This document shows positions 39,434 through 50,236 of a stretch of DNA of 64,000 nucleotides, piece after piece; within the stretch, counting starts at the first letter, position 1; every line of letters starts with the position of its first letter. The stretch spans positions 1 to 64,000 of the IMG/VR virus record IMGVR_UViG_3300021431_000112; one strand, written 5' to 3'. The notes under the pieces are model-generated. The model was not told the DNA's origin. It made no database searches and saw nothing but the letters and a program-made list of their open reading frames with translations. The position numbers and the translations under genes are program-made. The DNA comes from a virus (taxonomy: Duplodnaviria > Caudoviricetes).

Positions 39434-40283
39434 TGTTTGTGGCGGTGGTGCTTTACGGAATTGGTCCTTTGGCCTTCCTGTGTAATCTAGAAAGTGATAT
39501 AGGTAAAAAGATTTCTGATGTATCTTTTGCGTACTCAGGAACTTCTACTGGTGCCATCATCGCTGCTGGTCTAGCTGAACGGTTACTCTGCCCATGACTT
39601 GTTTGACCTCTATAAGAACAACCTCAAAAAGATCTTCACGAAATATCCTTGGTACAAGAGAATGACACCCAAATGCCCTACCTATGACAACTCAAACTTG
39701 AAGAAAATCCTTAAAGACAAGTTCAAAGGAAAATGTGGCGACTGGAAAAAACCAATCTTCATCCCTACTACTTGCATGAATGGCGAATCTGTAGAAAAAG
39801 TCTGGGACTTGCGGTGACAAGGATGTTGACAAATGGTTCGCAATCTTGACGAGTACTGCTGCACCAACTTATTTTGACTGTGTGTATGATGCACAAAAAA
39901 ATTGCTATATTGATGGTGGTATGTGGAAAAATTCTCCAATTGATGTGCTGAATGCTGGCTTGTTGAAATCAGGTTGGTCTAACTACAAAGTACTCAATTT
40001 TGATACTGGTATGAATACTCCAAACACAGAAGAAGGAAACAAGACATTGGTTGGTTGGGCCGAATACTTGATTTCAGACTGGATTGCTAGGACAAGCTAT
40101 TCTGGCGTGTATGAAGTAAAATCCATAATTGGTGACAAGAATGTCTATCACGCAAGTCCATACAACAAGAAGAAAATCAAGATGGATAAGACCGATGATG
40201 ATACCATCAATGAAGTAATTGACATTTGGAATAATTATTACTTCTCAAAAAGAAAAGAAATCCTTGATTTTATGAAAATCTAA
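39408..40283 (+). CDS. Patatin-like phospholipase, about 290 aa, three C-GGN +1 sites (39456, 39580, 39812)
   Basis: Reconstructed GGGALG (oxyanion), GTSTG (nucleophile Ser), STAAPTYF, YIDGG. Confidence 0.88.
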
Positions 40284-40300
40284 TAAGGACAGATAGGAAC

Positions 40301-40399
40301 AATTCTCGCCTATTTGAGGGATTGTTGGTAGCGGTCCCTCTAACTTATTATAAATAGTATCGTGGCACTACCAATGCCTCGTTAAATAAATTAAGGAGA
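40301..40399 (+). promoter_or_regulatory. Paired hairpins flanking a late promoter upstream of an endonuclease gene
   Basis: Hairpin 40316-40340 (loop TTGGTAG), TATAAATA 40349-40356, hairpin 40364-40378 (loop CTACCAA), AAGGAG RBS. Confidence 0.65.
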
Positions 40400-41962
40400 A
40401 TGATTATGAAAATAGAATATATTAATAAATGTGCTATATGTGGATTTAATGTTCGTAATTCTTTGGGTGTACACATACATTTTAAACACCCAGAAATAAC
40501 AGCAGAAGAATATTATAATACTTATGTTAATCCAGGTAATAATGAAGGTAAATGTGAACAATGTGGAAAACCTACAAAATATAGAGATTTAAAACGAGGA
40601 TATTTTAAATATTGTTGTGAAGAATGTAGAATAAAACATTGGACTGAATACAATAAAGAACTTCATAAAAATCATAAATCTAAAAAACAATTGGAACGAG
40701 AAGATGTAGAAAAAAACGGTAAATATGTTTGTAAAATCTGCGGTAAAAGAACTAATAGACTAGGTATGCATCTTAGAAATCAACATAATATATTTGAAAA
40801 TAATCATAAAGAATACTATGATAAGTTTTTAAAGAAGCCAAATGAAGGATATTGTGCTGTTTGTGGTAAAGAAACCGCTTATCAAAGTGTACTAATTGGA
40901 TATAAAAAGTTTTGCTGTGCTTCATGTGCTATGAAATCTGAAGAAACACTGAAAAAAATGAGAGATACTTTTATGAAAAATCAAAATATTGAAGGTGAAT
41001 ACACTATTGAAGAATATAAAGAAGCAAGGCAAAAACACATTTTAGAAAAAGATCCAGATTTTTATAAAAAGATGGGTAAGAAAGTACATGAATCATTTAA
41101 ACGAAATACTGGGTTAAATTCTACATTTCAACTTGAGAAAACGAAAGAAAGTGCAAAAAAGACGAATCTTGAAAGACATGGAGTAGAACATTGGACTAAT
41201 AGAGAAAAATGTAAACAGACTATGTTAAATAAAACTGGTTATGAATATGCTTTTCAAGTACCAGAAATAAAAGAAAAAATGGAAGAAAAATCATTAAAAG
41301 AACATGGCCAAAAATTATGGACTAATAGAGAAAAATGTAAACAAACCATGTTAGAAAATACAGGGCATGAATATCTATTTCAAACTCAAAATTTTAATGA
41401 TAAAGTTAAAGAAAAATGTTTAAAAAATCATGGTGTAGAATACAACTGTCAAAGACCTGAAGTCATAGAAAAAATAAAGCAATCTTGTATAGATAGTTTT
41501 GGATATAGCAATCCGATGAAATGCCCTGAAATTAGAAATAAAACAAAGAAGAAATTTAAATATAAAAACTTGAATTTTGATAGTGGTTTTGAGTTGGTGT
41601 ACTATATCTGGCTGAAAGACCATAATATAGAATTTGAATATCAACCAAATACTACTTTTAAATACGAATATCAAGGTAAAACTTATGATTATTGTCCTGA
41701 TTTTTTAATTAATGGCGAATATATTGAATTAAAAGGACTTCAGTTTTTTAAAAATAAAGATAATAATGATGTTATGATCTGCCCTTATAAACACAAAAAC
41801 GATACAGAAGAAACTATAGAATGGCGAAATGGACTATATGAAGCAAAACACCAGTGTATGTTGAAAAATGGTGTTAAAATTATAACAGACTTGCCAGAAT
41901 GTTATGATTATATTAACAAAAAATATGGCAGAAATTATATAAATCAGTTTAAAAATGGCTAA
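40400..41962 (+). mobile_element. Free-standing homing-endonuclease-like gene, PD-(D/E)xK type, with duplicated Zn-finger modules and helical repeats
   Basis: Two CxxC...EYY[DN] modules; 126-nt tandem repeat HG...WTNREKCKQTML; FDSGFELVYYIWLKDH...YCPDF...IELKG. Confidence 0.78.
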
Positions 41963-42008
41963 AATTATAAATACATTAATAGAATACACTCAAAATGAGG
42001 TTTAAATT

Positions 42009-42757
42009 ATGGCAGAAATCAAAAAGCTTTTTAATGAACAATGTTTGAATGAAGCAACAACAGAACTCATTGAAGAATCCGCAACAGGTCAAAAGAGGCT
42101 CTATATCAGCCGGGGTCTTCATGGGAGCCAACAAAAAGAACAGAAATGGTAGAATTTATCCAAGAGAATTGATTGAAAGAGAAGTAAAAAACTACCAAGC
42201 ACTGATTGAAAGCAGAGAAGCACTTGGAGAGCTTTCGCACCCCACATCACGGAGAAATAAATCCTGACAGAGCTGCCATTCTTGTTGAAGATCTTCACAT
42301 GGATGGTGATTTTGCTATGGGTAAAGCCAAAGTACTTTCTACACCTTGTGGTAAAATTTTGGAAGCACTGTTGACTGATGGTGTTCGTATGGGAGTTTCT
42401 TCCCGTGGTACTGGTAATCTTCTTGAAGGAAACATTGTTGCTGATGATTATCATATGATATGCTGTGATGTAGTTTATCTGCCCTCATGTGCTGAAGCTT
42501 ATCAAGACGCAATGTATGAGTCCGTACAGCGTACCACGGAATGGGTGTTAAATGAATCTCTAGGTCTCTATGTGGAAAGAGAAGTAGAAGGAGCCAAAGT
42601 TGACAATGCCAATACGATGGTGAATGACATCCAGGTTACTTCACCAGAGAAGGCCGAACAAATCGTTCGTGCTACAGAAGAATTCAACAAGAAGATTGAC
42701 CGCAAGGGTTCAAGAGAAATAAAGAAGGCTTTCCAAGAGTGGTTTAAGACACTTTAA
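42009..42757 (+). CDS. gp21: Prohead core protease (T4 gp21-like), about 248 aa, two C-GGN +1 sites (42111, 42250)
   Basis: Reconstructed LYISGVFMGANKKNRNGRIYP, ALGELSHP, GVSSRGTG, CDVVYLPS; late promoter at 41966. Confidence 0.92.
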
Positions 42758-42775
42758 TTTTGTCTGGAGAACATT

Positions 42776-43915
42776 ATGTACGGTGATTGGAGAAAAGATT
42801 GTTGGTATCTAGTTGGTATTGATGAAGAAGGCGATTGGACTTTCTATATCAAAGACAAATTTGGCATTACTGATTTTAAAGAACATGCTACCTGTTTTAA
42901 AAGTCCAATAGAAGCAAAAGCAGCTAAAGCATGGCTTGAATCAGAATTAGAGAAGCTCGGTTATCCAGAGGATGAGAATGTAAATTCTGTTGAAAAATGG
43001 ATTGTAGCATACTATGATGAGAAATCTGGATGTTTATTTGATGCTGTTACTGACAAGTATTTATTCAATTACGATGGTAAAGATGAACCTGAAGAATTAG
43101 AAGAATCTATAGATAGTTTTGAATCTGAAATTATGGAACAGCAAGATTTCATTAAAGATCTATGTAATGAAAATGGATTCAATGTATATTTTGACGGTGA
43201 TACATTGAGTGGTATTCTAGAGAAAGATGGAAAGGAAGTAGAAGTTCAATTTGAGATTGAAGTTGATGCTGTCATAATAAATGGTGTTGAATTCTATGAA
43301 TTCCTTGATTCTTTTGATGAAGTAGTTGGAATAGAAGAAGCAACTTCATTATTGAAAAGTGCTGGTTACAGAGTTGTTCGCAATGAAGTACTGAATGAAG
43401 CCATAAACAATCCTGATGACCCAGCAACAAGTAGACAGTTATGGGCTTTGTTCTGTATGACCAAGAAGGATTATCGTGGTAAAGGATTGACAAAGCAACA
43501 AGCATCTGACTTGATTAGTGAATTGAATTCTGGAAAGAAGATTGAAGATGTAACAACAAAAGAAAAGAAACCAGTCAAGAATCAGAAAGAAGATGAAAAT
43601 GCTTTTGTGAAGGTTGGTGACATTTTCCATAGACATTGGGGTTATGATATGAGTATCAATACTTATTACAAAGTTCTTAATGTAAAGGGAAAGAAAGCAG
43701 AAGTAATAGAATTGGCAAAGAAAGCAGTAAAAGGTAGTCTAATGCAAGGTAGTGTTGTACCAGAAGAAGACACTCCACGAGGAAAGAATACACAGACCAC
43801 TATTGCTTTGATTAAGCCAGATGGTAGTTTGAGAATTCGTTTCATGGGGGATGGCAATTATGATACATACCACAAATGGGATGGTCAACCAGATTACGAA
43901 GATCACATGGATTAA
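42776..43915 (+). CDS. Acidic multi-domain putative virion internal protein
   Basis: Internal LEES and IEEATSLLKSAGYRVVRNEVLNEA leader-like motifs. Confidence 0.6.
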   Translation: MYGDWRKDCWYLVGIDEEGDWTFYIKDKFGITDFKEHATCFKSPIEAKAAKAWLESELEKLGYPEDENVNSVEKWIVAYYDEKSGCLFDAVTDKYLFNYDGKDEPEELEESIDSFESEIMEQQDFIKDLCNENGFNVYFDGDTLSGILEKDGKEVEVQFEIEVDAVIINGVEFYEFLDSFDEVVGIEEATSLLKSAGYRVVRNEVLNEAINNPDDPATSRQLWALFCMTKKDYRGKGLTKQQASDLISELNSGKKIEDVTTKEKKPVKNQKEDENAFVKVGDIFHRHWGYDMSINTYYKVLNVKGKKAEVIELAKKAVKGSLMQGSVVPEEDTPRGKNTQTTIALIKPDGSLRIRFMGDGNYDTYHKWDGQPDYEDHMD

Positions 43916-43933
43916 AGTTTTGGAGAATAGATT

Positions 43934-44500
43934 ATGAATATAAATGAAGCAAAAGAAGTATTGGAACAGAATGGTTTTATTTGTGAATCCAAACAGAATG
44001 AAATTGTTCTTCTTGATACAGACGCAAGTAACTATACCTTAGAGAATGTTCGTAATTGGAAAGACAATGAAACCATTGAAGAAGATTCTGATGAATACTG
44101 GGATGCAGTAAATGAAATGGTTGACTTTGAATTGGAAGACTTTAAAACTGATGCTGCATTTAACTTTGATCTTGGCTATTGCTTGGTAAAGGCTACTGCT
44201 GGATTATGGAATGGCAATAGAGATGGTGTCGGCATTAGAATGATTGAATCTGGTGCTGATTTGTTAAATTGCTTATCCAAAGACTGTGACAATGTTAAGG
44301 TAGTATTGAATGAAGATGGACTAGTAATGTATGGCTATCATCATGACGGTACCAATGTTTACAAATTTTACCAATTGAATGATAAGGGTGTAGAATACTG
44401 GGAAAAGCATGAAGATGATTATGAAGAATCTAAAATTCTTCAAAATCTAATCAGTGGAAAAATGGTAAAGAAAATTACAAAAGAAATGATAGGATTTTAA
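43934..44500 (+). CDS. Acidic protein with an INEAK...GF leader
   Basis: MNINEAKEVLEQNGFICES. Confidence 0.68.
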   Translation: MNINEAKEVLEQNGFICESKQNEIVLLDTDASNYTLENVRNWKDNETIEEDSDEYWDAVNEMVDFELEDFKTDAAFNFDLGYCLVKATAGLWNGNRDGVGIRMIESGADLLNCLSKDCDNVKVVLNEDGLVMYGYHHDGTNVYKFYQLNDKGVEYWEKHEDDYEESKILQNLISGKMVKKITKEMIGF

Positions 44501-44502
44501 TT

Positions 44503-45360
44503 ATGAACGAAAATACATCATTTAAACAGTATCTTAACGAATGTGGTTATGGATTGATGGAATACCAAGAACAGGTCTATAAGGCTTGTCTATCACTTGG
44601 TAACTATACAAACATTGACTTGTATTATCAAGATGAAATTGAAAAAGCATTTGACAATCAAGAACCAGTCAATGAAGTAGCCGCAAGAATCTGTGCTATG
44701 TTTGATGAAGACTATGGTAAAGCATCCATGTCACCTGAAAATGGTTATGAAGATTTTGAAAAAGAATATGGAAAATCTTTACCTGACTTGACCAAAGACA
44801 ATGAAGAATATGAAGAACCATTTGTAGACCAATACGATTTTTCAAATGACTTCATGGGTGAAGCAACAGAAAACAAGAAAGAAGATGATGGCTTAAGTGA
44901 TGGTGAATCCTATGACCAATGGAAAGAATATGTTTTCAAGTATCTTGACAAGAGAGTAGATGTAGACAAGATTAAGGAATTGGGAACATACATTAAGGAT
45001 TTCATTAAGCAGGAATATGACAATGGTGAACCTAGCTGGTTTGCTTGTGCTGAATCCATAGTGAACTATGCTAGAATCAAGTATCCTGATGCATTGAAAG
45101 ATAGGGCAAGCAATGCTTTCTCTATTACTGAAAATTTGAAAAATGATACACCAAAAGTTTGGGTGGTAACATTCAATAATGAGGATGAAGCTGCTGAAGA
45201 AGAATACTTGTTCACTAAGGAAAGTGGTTATGATTCAATGTTCGACATTGAACTTAAAGGAAACACCATACTAATTGAAGATACACCAAAATCTAGGAAG
45301 TTCGTACCAGAATGGTTTGGTAATAAAGCAGAACTTGTTGATGTAACTGAAGTAGAATAA
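44503..45360 (+). CDS. Acidic putative virion internal protein
   Basis: MNENTSFKQYLNECGY; ITE and LME motifs. Confidence 0.62.
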   Translation: MNENTSFKQYLNECGYGLMEYQEQVYKACLSLGNYTNIDLYYQDEIEKAFDNQEPVNEVAARICAMFDEDYGKASMSPENGYEDFEKEYGKSLPDLTKDNEEYEEPFVDQYDFSNDFMGEATENKKEDDGLSDGESYDQWKEYVFKYLDKRVDVDKIKELGTYIKDFIKQEYDNGEPSWFACAESIVNYARIKYPDALKDRASNAFSITENLKNDTPKVWVVTFNNEDEAAEEEYLFTKESGYDSMFDIELKGNTILIEDTPKSRKFVPEWFGNKAELVDVTEVE

Positions 45361-45455
45361 GTTTAAATTTTTCAAAATTGTTCGTTATATATAATAGACA
45401 TTTGCTATTTTTAGCAATCATAAACAACGTTGTGAAGTGAAAAAGGAAAAATAAT

Positions 45456-46349
45456 ATGATAGATAAAGATACATTAAGAACAGCTCGTAGAACAGTTGAA
45501 CGCAATGGTTTTACGGTTCTCCCACCTCGTGAAAACGATGAGAGAGCATTGAACCGTTTTAGGACTAGAAGAGAAGTACAGAGAGAAGAGAGAGAAGATC
45601 TTGAAGATCGTCCTGCTCGACCAGCTCGTCCTGCTCCTCGTTATCGTGATGTAGTTGAACAGGAACCAGTTCGTACTCGTCCCGCACCTCGTCCTCATTA
45701 TCGTGATGAGGAAGAAGTAGAAGATCGTCCAGTTCGCAGATTCAAGCCACTTCGTGGCCGCGATGTAGAACCAGTTGACGATTATGAAGATCGCCCTGTT
45801 CGTCAGACTAGAGTACCTCGTGAAATAGAAGACGAATACGAAGATCGTCCAGTTCGTTCTTCTCGTTTTGACAGACCAAATCGTCCTGTCCGTAGGGAAA
45901 TGAACGATGACGAAAAGCTCGGTGCAGCAATTCGTACTGCTGAAGAAAATGGATTCACTATCCGTAAGATGTCCAAACTAGACCAAGCAAAGCAGGTAGC
46001 ACGTGACAATGGTTTCAGTTTCCGTAGACTGGAAGATGACGATGAAGATGTTCCTGCTAGTAAGCCAGTTCGCACTCTTCGCACCAATCGTGTCGAAGAC
46101 CAAACTGAAACACCACGTGCTTCTGCAGAGCGTCCACAGAGACCTTTGGTCCGCAACAGACACAATGCTCCTGTAGATGACGGCATTAGGACACGTACCG
46201 CTCCAGATACTGAGATTAAGAACGATACCGTTCCTGCTCCTGCGGCTGAACCAACACCAACTGAGACAAAGCCTGAACCAAAGAAGAACACATATGCTGA
46301 CGATTTCATGAATCGTGCTGCTAGATTCTTTGGTGATGACAATGACTAA
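45456..46349 (+). CDS. Arg/Pro/Glu-rich disordered protein with EDRPVR-like repeats
   Basis: Repeated EDRP[AV]R; three copies of A....E/DNGF. Confidence 0.7.
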   Translation: MIDKDTLRTARRTVERNGFTVLPPRENDERALNRFRTRREVQREEREDLEDRPARPARPAPRYRDVVEQEPVRTRPAPRPHYRDEEEVEDRPVRRFKPLRGRDVEPVDDYEDRPVRQTRVPREIEDEYEDRPVRSSRFDRPNRPVRREMNDDEKLGAAIRTAEENGFTIRKMSKLDQAKQVARDNGFSFRRLEDDDEDVPASKPVRTLRTNRVEDQTETPRASAERPQRPLVRNRHNAPVDDGIRTRTAPDTEIKNDTVPAPAAEPTPTETKPEPKKNTYADDFMNRAARFFGDDND

Positions 46350-46375
46350 GTTCTACTAAGTTTAACTAAAAATGA

Positions 46376-46403
46376 AAAAGACCTTCTCATGGAGGGTCTT
46401 TTT
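46376..46403 (+). terminator. Intrinsic terminator
   Basis: AAAAGACCTTC/GAGGGTCTTTT stem plus T-tract. Confidence 0.7.
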
Positions 46404-46498
46404 CTATATTTTTTATAAAAATCATAAATATAAAACCCAATTTTGTATTTTTTGGTGAATTTGATTTTATTATTGTAGGCAAAGAAAAAGAGGTTATA

Positions 46499-48650
46499 AT
46501 GAAGATAAGAAAGCGTAATGGTTCCGAAGTAACATTTAACAAGCAAAATATAGTTGAAGCAATTTCAAGAGCGAATGAAAAAGTTAGATTAGAAGATAGG
46601 CTAACTATTCAGGAAATCAAAGAAATTGCTAAAAATATAGAAGAAACTTGTAAGGTGTCACCTGTCGCTATTGGTTATAAAGATATACAGAAAATGGTAG
46701 AAACAGCAATAATGAAAGCAGGTAAATTTGATGTTGCTACTGAGTATATTACATTCCGTTATCAAAAGGCACTTGAAGAAAGAAAAAATACGATTGATGA
46801 TAGAGTATTGTCTTTGTTGAATGGTGACAATGAAGACATTCAGCAAGAAAATGCTAACAAGAATCCAAACATTGTAAGTACAATGAGAGATTATATGGCT
46901 GGCGAAGTATCAAAAGACATTTCTCAAAGATACTTACTACCAAGTGACATTTATGATGCTCATAAAGAAGGAATAATTCATTTTCATGATATGGATTATT
47001 TCGCAATGCCAGAACATAACTGTTGTCTAATTAACTTGGATGATATGCTTCAAAACCGGAACTATTATTTCTGGTACAAAAATTGACAAACCACATACAT
47101 TCAGGAATGCTTGTAACATTGCTTCTCAAATTGTAGCACAAGTAGCATCTTCTCAATATGGTGGTCAGACAATTACAGCATCTCATTTATCAAAGTTTAT
47201 TAAAGAAGCTAGAGAATACTTCAAAAAAGAATTTCCAACATTTACTAAAGAACAAATTGAAGAATTAGTAAAGAAAGACATTCGTGATGGTGTACAGACA
47301 TTACAATATCAAATTATTACATTGCAGACAACAAATGGTCAAACACCTTTCGTATCTGTATGTCTATATTTGAATGAAGCAGAAAATGAAGAAGAAAAAG
47401 AAAATCTTGCTGTAGTAATTGAAGAAATTCTTCGTCAAAGAATTAAGGGAGTAAAAAACGAAAATGGTCAATTCTATGCTAACCCATTTCCAAAACTTCT
47501 TTATGTTCTAGAAGAAGATAATGTTACACCAGATAGCAAATACTATTATTTGACAAAGCTTGCTGCTGAATGTACTACAAAGAGAATGGTTCCTGACTAT
47601 ATCTCTGAAAAAGTAATGAAGCAGTTGAAGATTAGTAAGAAAGGTGAGCCAGGTGATTGTTACCCCTGTATGGGGTGCAGATCTTTCCTAACCCCATATC
47701 GTGACCCAAAGACAAAGAAACCAAAGTATTATGGTAGGTTTAACCAGGGAGTAGTTACAATCAATCTTCCTGATGTTGCTTTGACCGCCAAAGGGGATTT
47801 GGAAAAATTCTGGTACATTCTTGAACAGCGTCTTGAATTGTGCCATCGTGCTTTGAGACTTCGTCATGAACATTTAAGAGGTGTAAAATCTGATGTTGCA
47901 CCTATCCTTTGGCAAAATGGTGCTTTCGCTAGATTGAAGAAAGGAGAAACTATTGATAAATTGCTTTACAATGGCTATTCTACAATCTCATTAGGTTATT
48001 CTGGTTTGTATGAAACAGTAAAAGTTCTTATCAATAAATCATTGACAGATGAAGAAGGTCTAGAACTTGGTAAGAAAATCATGCAGGTATTGAATGACAA
48101 ATGCCGTGATTGGAAACAAGTAGAAAAGATTGATTATTCTGTTTATGGTACACCCATTGAAAATACAACTGAAAAATTTGCTAAGTCACTACAGCGTAGA
48201 TTTGGTACTATTCCTGGAATTACTGACAGAAATTATGTAACCAATTCTTATCATGTTCCTGTATTTGAAAAGATAGATGCTTTCAAGAAGATTGATGTTG
48301 AAGCACAATTACAGAAACTATCTCCAGGTGGTGCTATCTCTTACATTGAAACTCCAAATATGGAAAACAATGTTGAAGCAATCTTGTCTGTTATTAAATA
48401 CATTTATGACAACATAATGTATTGTGAAATCAATACAGAACTTGATTGGTGTCATTGTTGTGGTTCTACTGGGACTATTAAAATGATTAAGAATGAAGAT
48501 GGAAAACTCATTTGGCATTGTGACCAATGCGGAAATGAAGATCTATCTAAAATGAATGTTGTTCGTAGAGTATGTGGCTATCTTGGAAATGTGAACTTTA
48601 TGGCACAAGGAAGAATGGGTGATATTCACGATAGAGTAAAACACATCTAA
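46499..48650 (+). CDS. nrdD: Anaerobic ribonucleoside-triphosphate reductase with ATP cone, about 716 aa, one C-GGA +1 site at 47057
   Basis: KIRKRNGSEV ATP cone; IHFHDMDY, HNCC, reconstructed MLQNGTIISG, PCMGCRSF, RFNQGVVTINL, YGTPIE, RRVCGYLG. Confidence 0.95.
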
Positions 48651-48726
48651 AGTTAATTATAGCAAATATAAAAATAAAGGGGTGTTTTGTTACACCTCTT
48701 TATCTATCTGAAAAAGGGTTTTTAAT

Positions 48727-49230
48727 ATGAATTATGGTAATATAAAATACATTGATTCTGCGGATGGTGATGGAATTAGAGTTTCCCTCTTTGTATCTGG
48801 TTGTCGCAATCATTGTAAAGGTTGCTTCAATGAATCTACATGGGACTTCAATTATGGTGAAGAATTTACACCAATCCAGGAAAACGAGATTATAGAAGGT
48901 TGCAAGAAATCTTATATAGCTGGATTAACTATATTAGGTGGTGAACCATTTGAAGAAGAAAACCAAAAAGTCCTTCTACCATTCATTGAGAAATTCAAGA
49001 AAGAATGTCCAGACAAGAACTTATGGATTTATACAGGTTACATTCTTGAAAGAGATTTGAAAAAAGGTTGTAGGAAGTATGTTGAAGATGTCACAGATAA
49101 AATTCTTCAAAATGTAGATGTATTGGTTGATGGACCTTTCATTTTGGAACAAAAAGATCTTACATTGAAATTCCGAGGTTCAAAAAATCAAAGATTATTG
49201 ACTAGAGAAGAAATAATTTCTAAATTATAA
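48727..49230 (+). CDS. nrdG: Anaerobic RNR activating radical SAM enzyme
   Basis: DGDGIRVSLFVSGCRNHCKGCFN, LGGEPF, VLVDGPF, FRGSKNQR. Confidence 0.95.
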   Translation: MNYGNIKYIDSADGDGIRVSLFVSGCRNHCKGCFNESTWDFNYGEEFTPIQENEIIEGCKKSYIAGLTILGGEPFEEENQKVLLPFIEKFKKECPDKNLWIYTGYILERDLKKGCRKYVEDVTDKILQNVDVLVDGPFILEQKDLTLKFRGSKNQRLLTREEIISKL

Positions 49231-49234
49231 TGCT

Positions 49235-50236
49235 ATGAATCTAGAATTAAAATCATTGACAATCAAAGACATCCCATTTGAACCAAATCTATCTAAAGTA
49301 GTTGGTTCATTGTATGACAACTTCAATAAGGAAAAATTTGACGAAGAAGTAGAAGTTCCAATTGAACTAACTGAATTCGTTGAATTGATGTATGACATCC
49401 ATGGCCAAGACAAGCCAACAATTTATCCAATGGAATATGAACAGATTGATTTTGTTCCTTCCTATGACGATGTTGTAATTGCTTATTCTGGTGGTCTTGA
49501 TTCTTTATACTTGGCATTGAAATATAAAGAGATGGGTAAAACAGTCCATTTGTTCCATGTGCGAGGACTGAACAAGTTTTCTGCTGCATACGAATGTAAA
49601 GCAACGAGAGATGTAGCCGAGAAATATGGATTTGACTTGATAGAAGTTGGTTGTAGTAAAGCAAAGAAAGATTCACCATACCATCAGTTCTGGTCTGAGA
49701 ATCCAATGAAGAATCAGTTAATTGAAAGCTTGATTATTGACTACTGTGCTGAGAATGGTTATAGTTATGTAACAAGTGGATATGAACATAATTGCCAAAA
49801 TAGAACAATTGGGAAGATTGGTTATAATGTGACTGATTGGAAAGAAACTACTGAAACATTTGATACTTGTATATTGAAACTCTGCAATGACTTGAAAATT
49901 GAATACTTGCTGGATAAGAACACAATGAAGAAAGCTGATGAACTCAAGGAGATTGCGGAAAAGAATGCTTTAGGTGATTACTTTAGTTGTACCGACCAGA
50001 TACGATTCGTGAACATGCATAGGACAAACTGCGAGAAGAAGTATGGATTTAAGATGCCAATCCGTGGTTGTGGTTTGTGTAGGAAGTGCATGTGCCATTT
50101 GATTGGTCTGGATAGGAAGGGAGTAATTACATTACCAGAGCAATACAAGAAGGATTCAATCCACAAGCTCAAGACAAAGTTCAAAGTAGAAGCAGCTAGT
50201 TATCTAAAGGAATTGGAAGATGAAGTTAACACATAA
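49235..50236 (+). CDS. QueC-family PP-loop ATPase
   Basis: VIAYSGGLDS PP-loop; C-terminal YFSC...CGLCRKC zinc site. Confidence 0.7.
   Translation: MNLELKSLTIKDIPFEPNLSKVVGSLYDNFNKEKFDEEVEVPIELTEFVELMYDIHGQDKPTIYPMEYEQIDFVPSYDDVVIAYSGGLDSLYLALKYKEMGKTVHLFHVRGLNKFSAAYECKATRDVAEKYGFDLIEVGCSKAKKDSPYHQFWSENPMKNQLIESLIIDYCAENGYSYVTSGYEHNCQNRTIGKIGYNVTDWKETTETFDTCILKLCNDLKIEYLLDKNTMKKADELKEIAEKNALGDYFSCTDQIRFVNMHRTNCEKKYGFKMPIRGCGLCRKCMCHLIGLDRKGVITLPEQYKKDSIHKLKTKFKVEAASYLKELEDEVNT

Noticed and set aside
41177-41430. 126-nt tandem duplication as an independent repeat element
   Set aside because: It is an in-frame helical repeat within the endonuclease gene, typical of this family's DNA-binding region.
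10086-42757. Calling the frameshifted core genes pseudogenes
   Set aside because: All catalytic motifs are intact after the skips, with no in-frame stops or other decay, and the lesion is the same single base each time.
45803-46342. 179-aa minus-strand ORF
   Set aside because: Shadow of the low-complexity plus-strand gene 45456-46349; no RBS, promoter or motif.
5500-46420. TTTTCTAT(A/T)TT motif after several terminators as a Bacteroidota-type TAnnTTTG promoter
   Set aside because: Only some copies fit, and the genome is so AT-rich that chance matches are likely; not supportable without TSS data.
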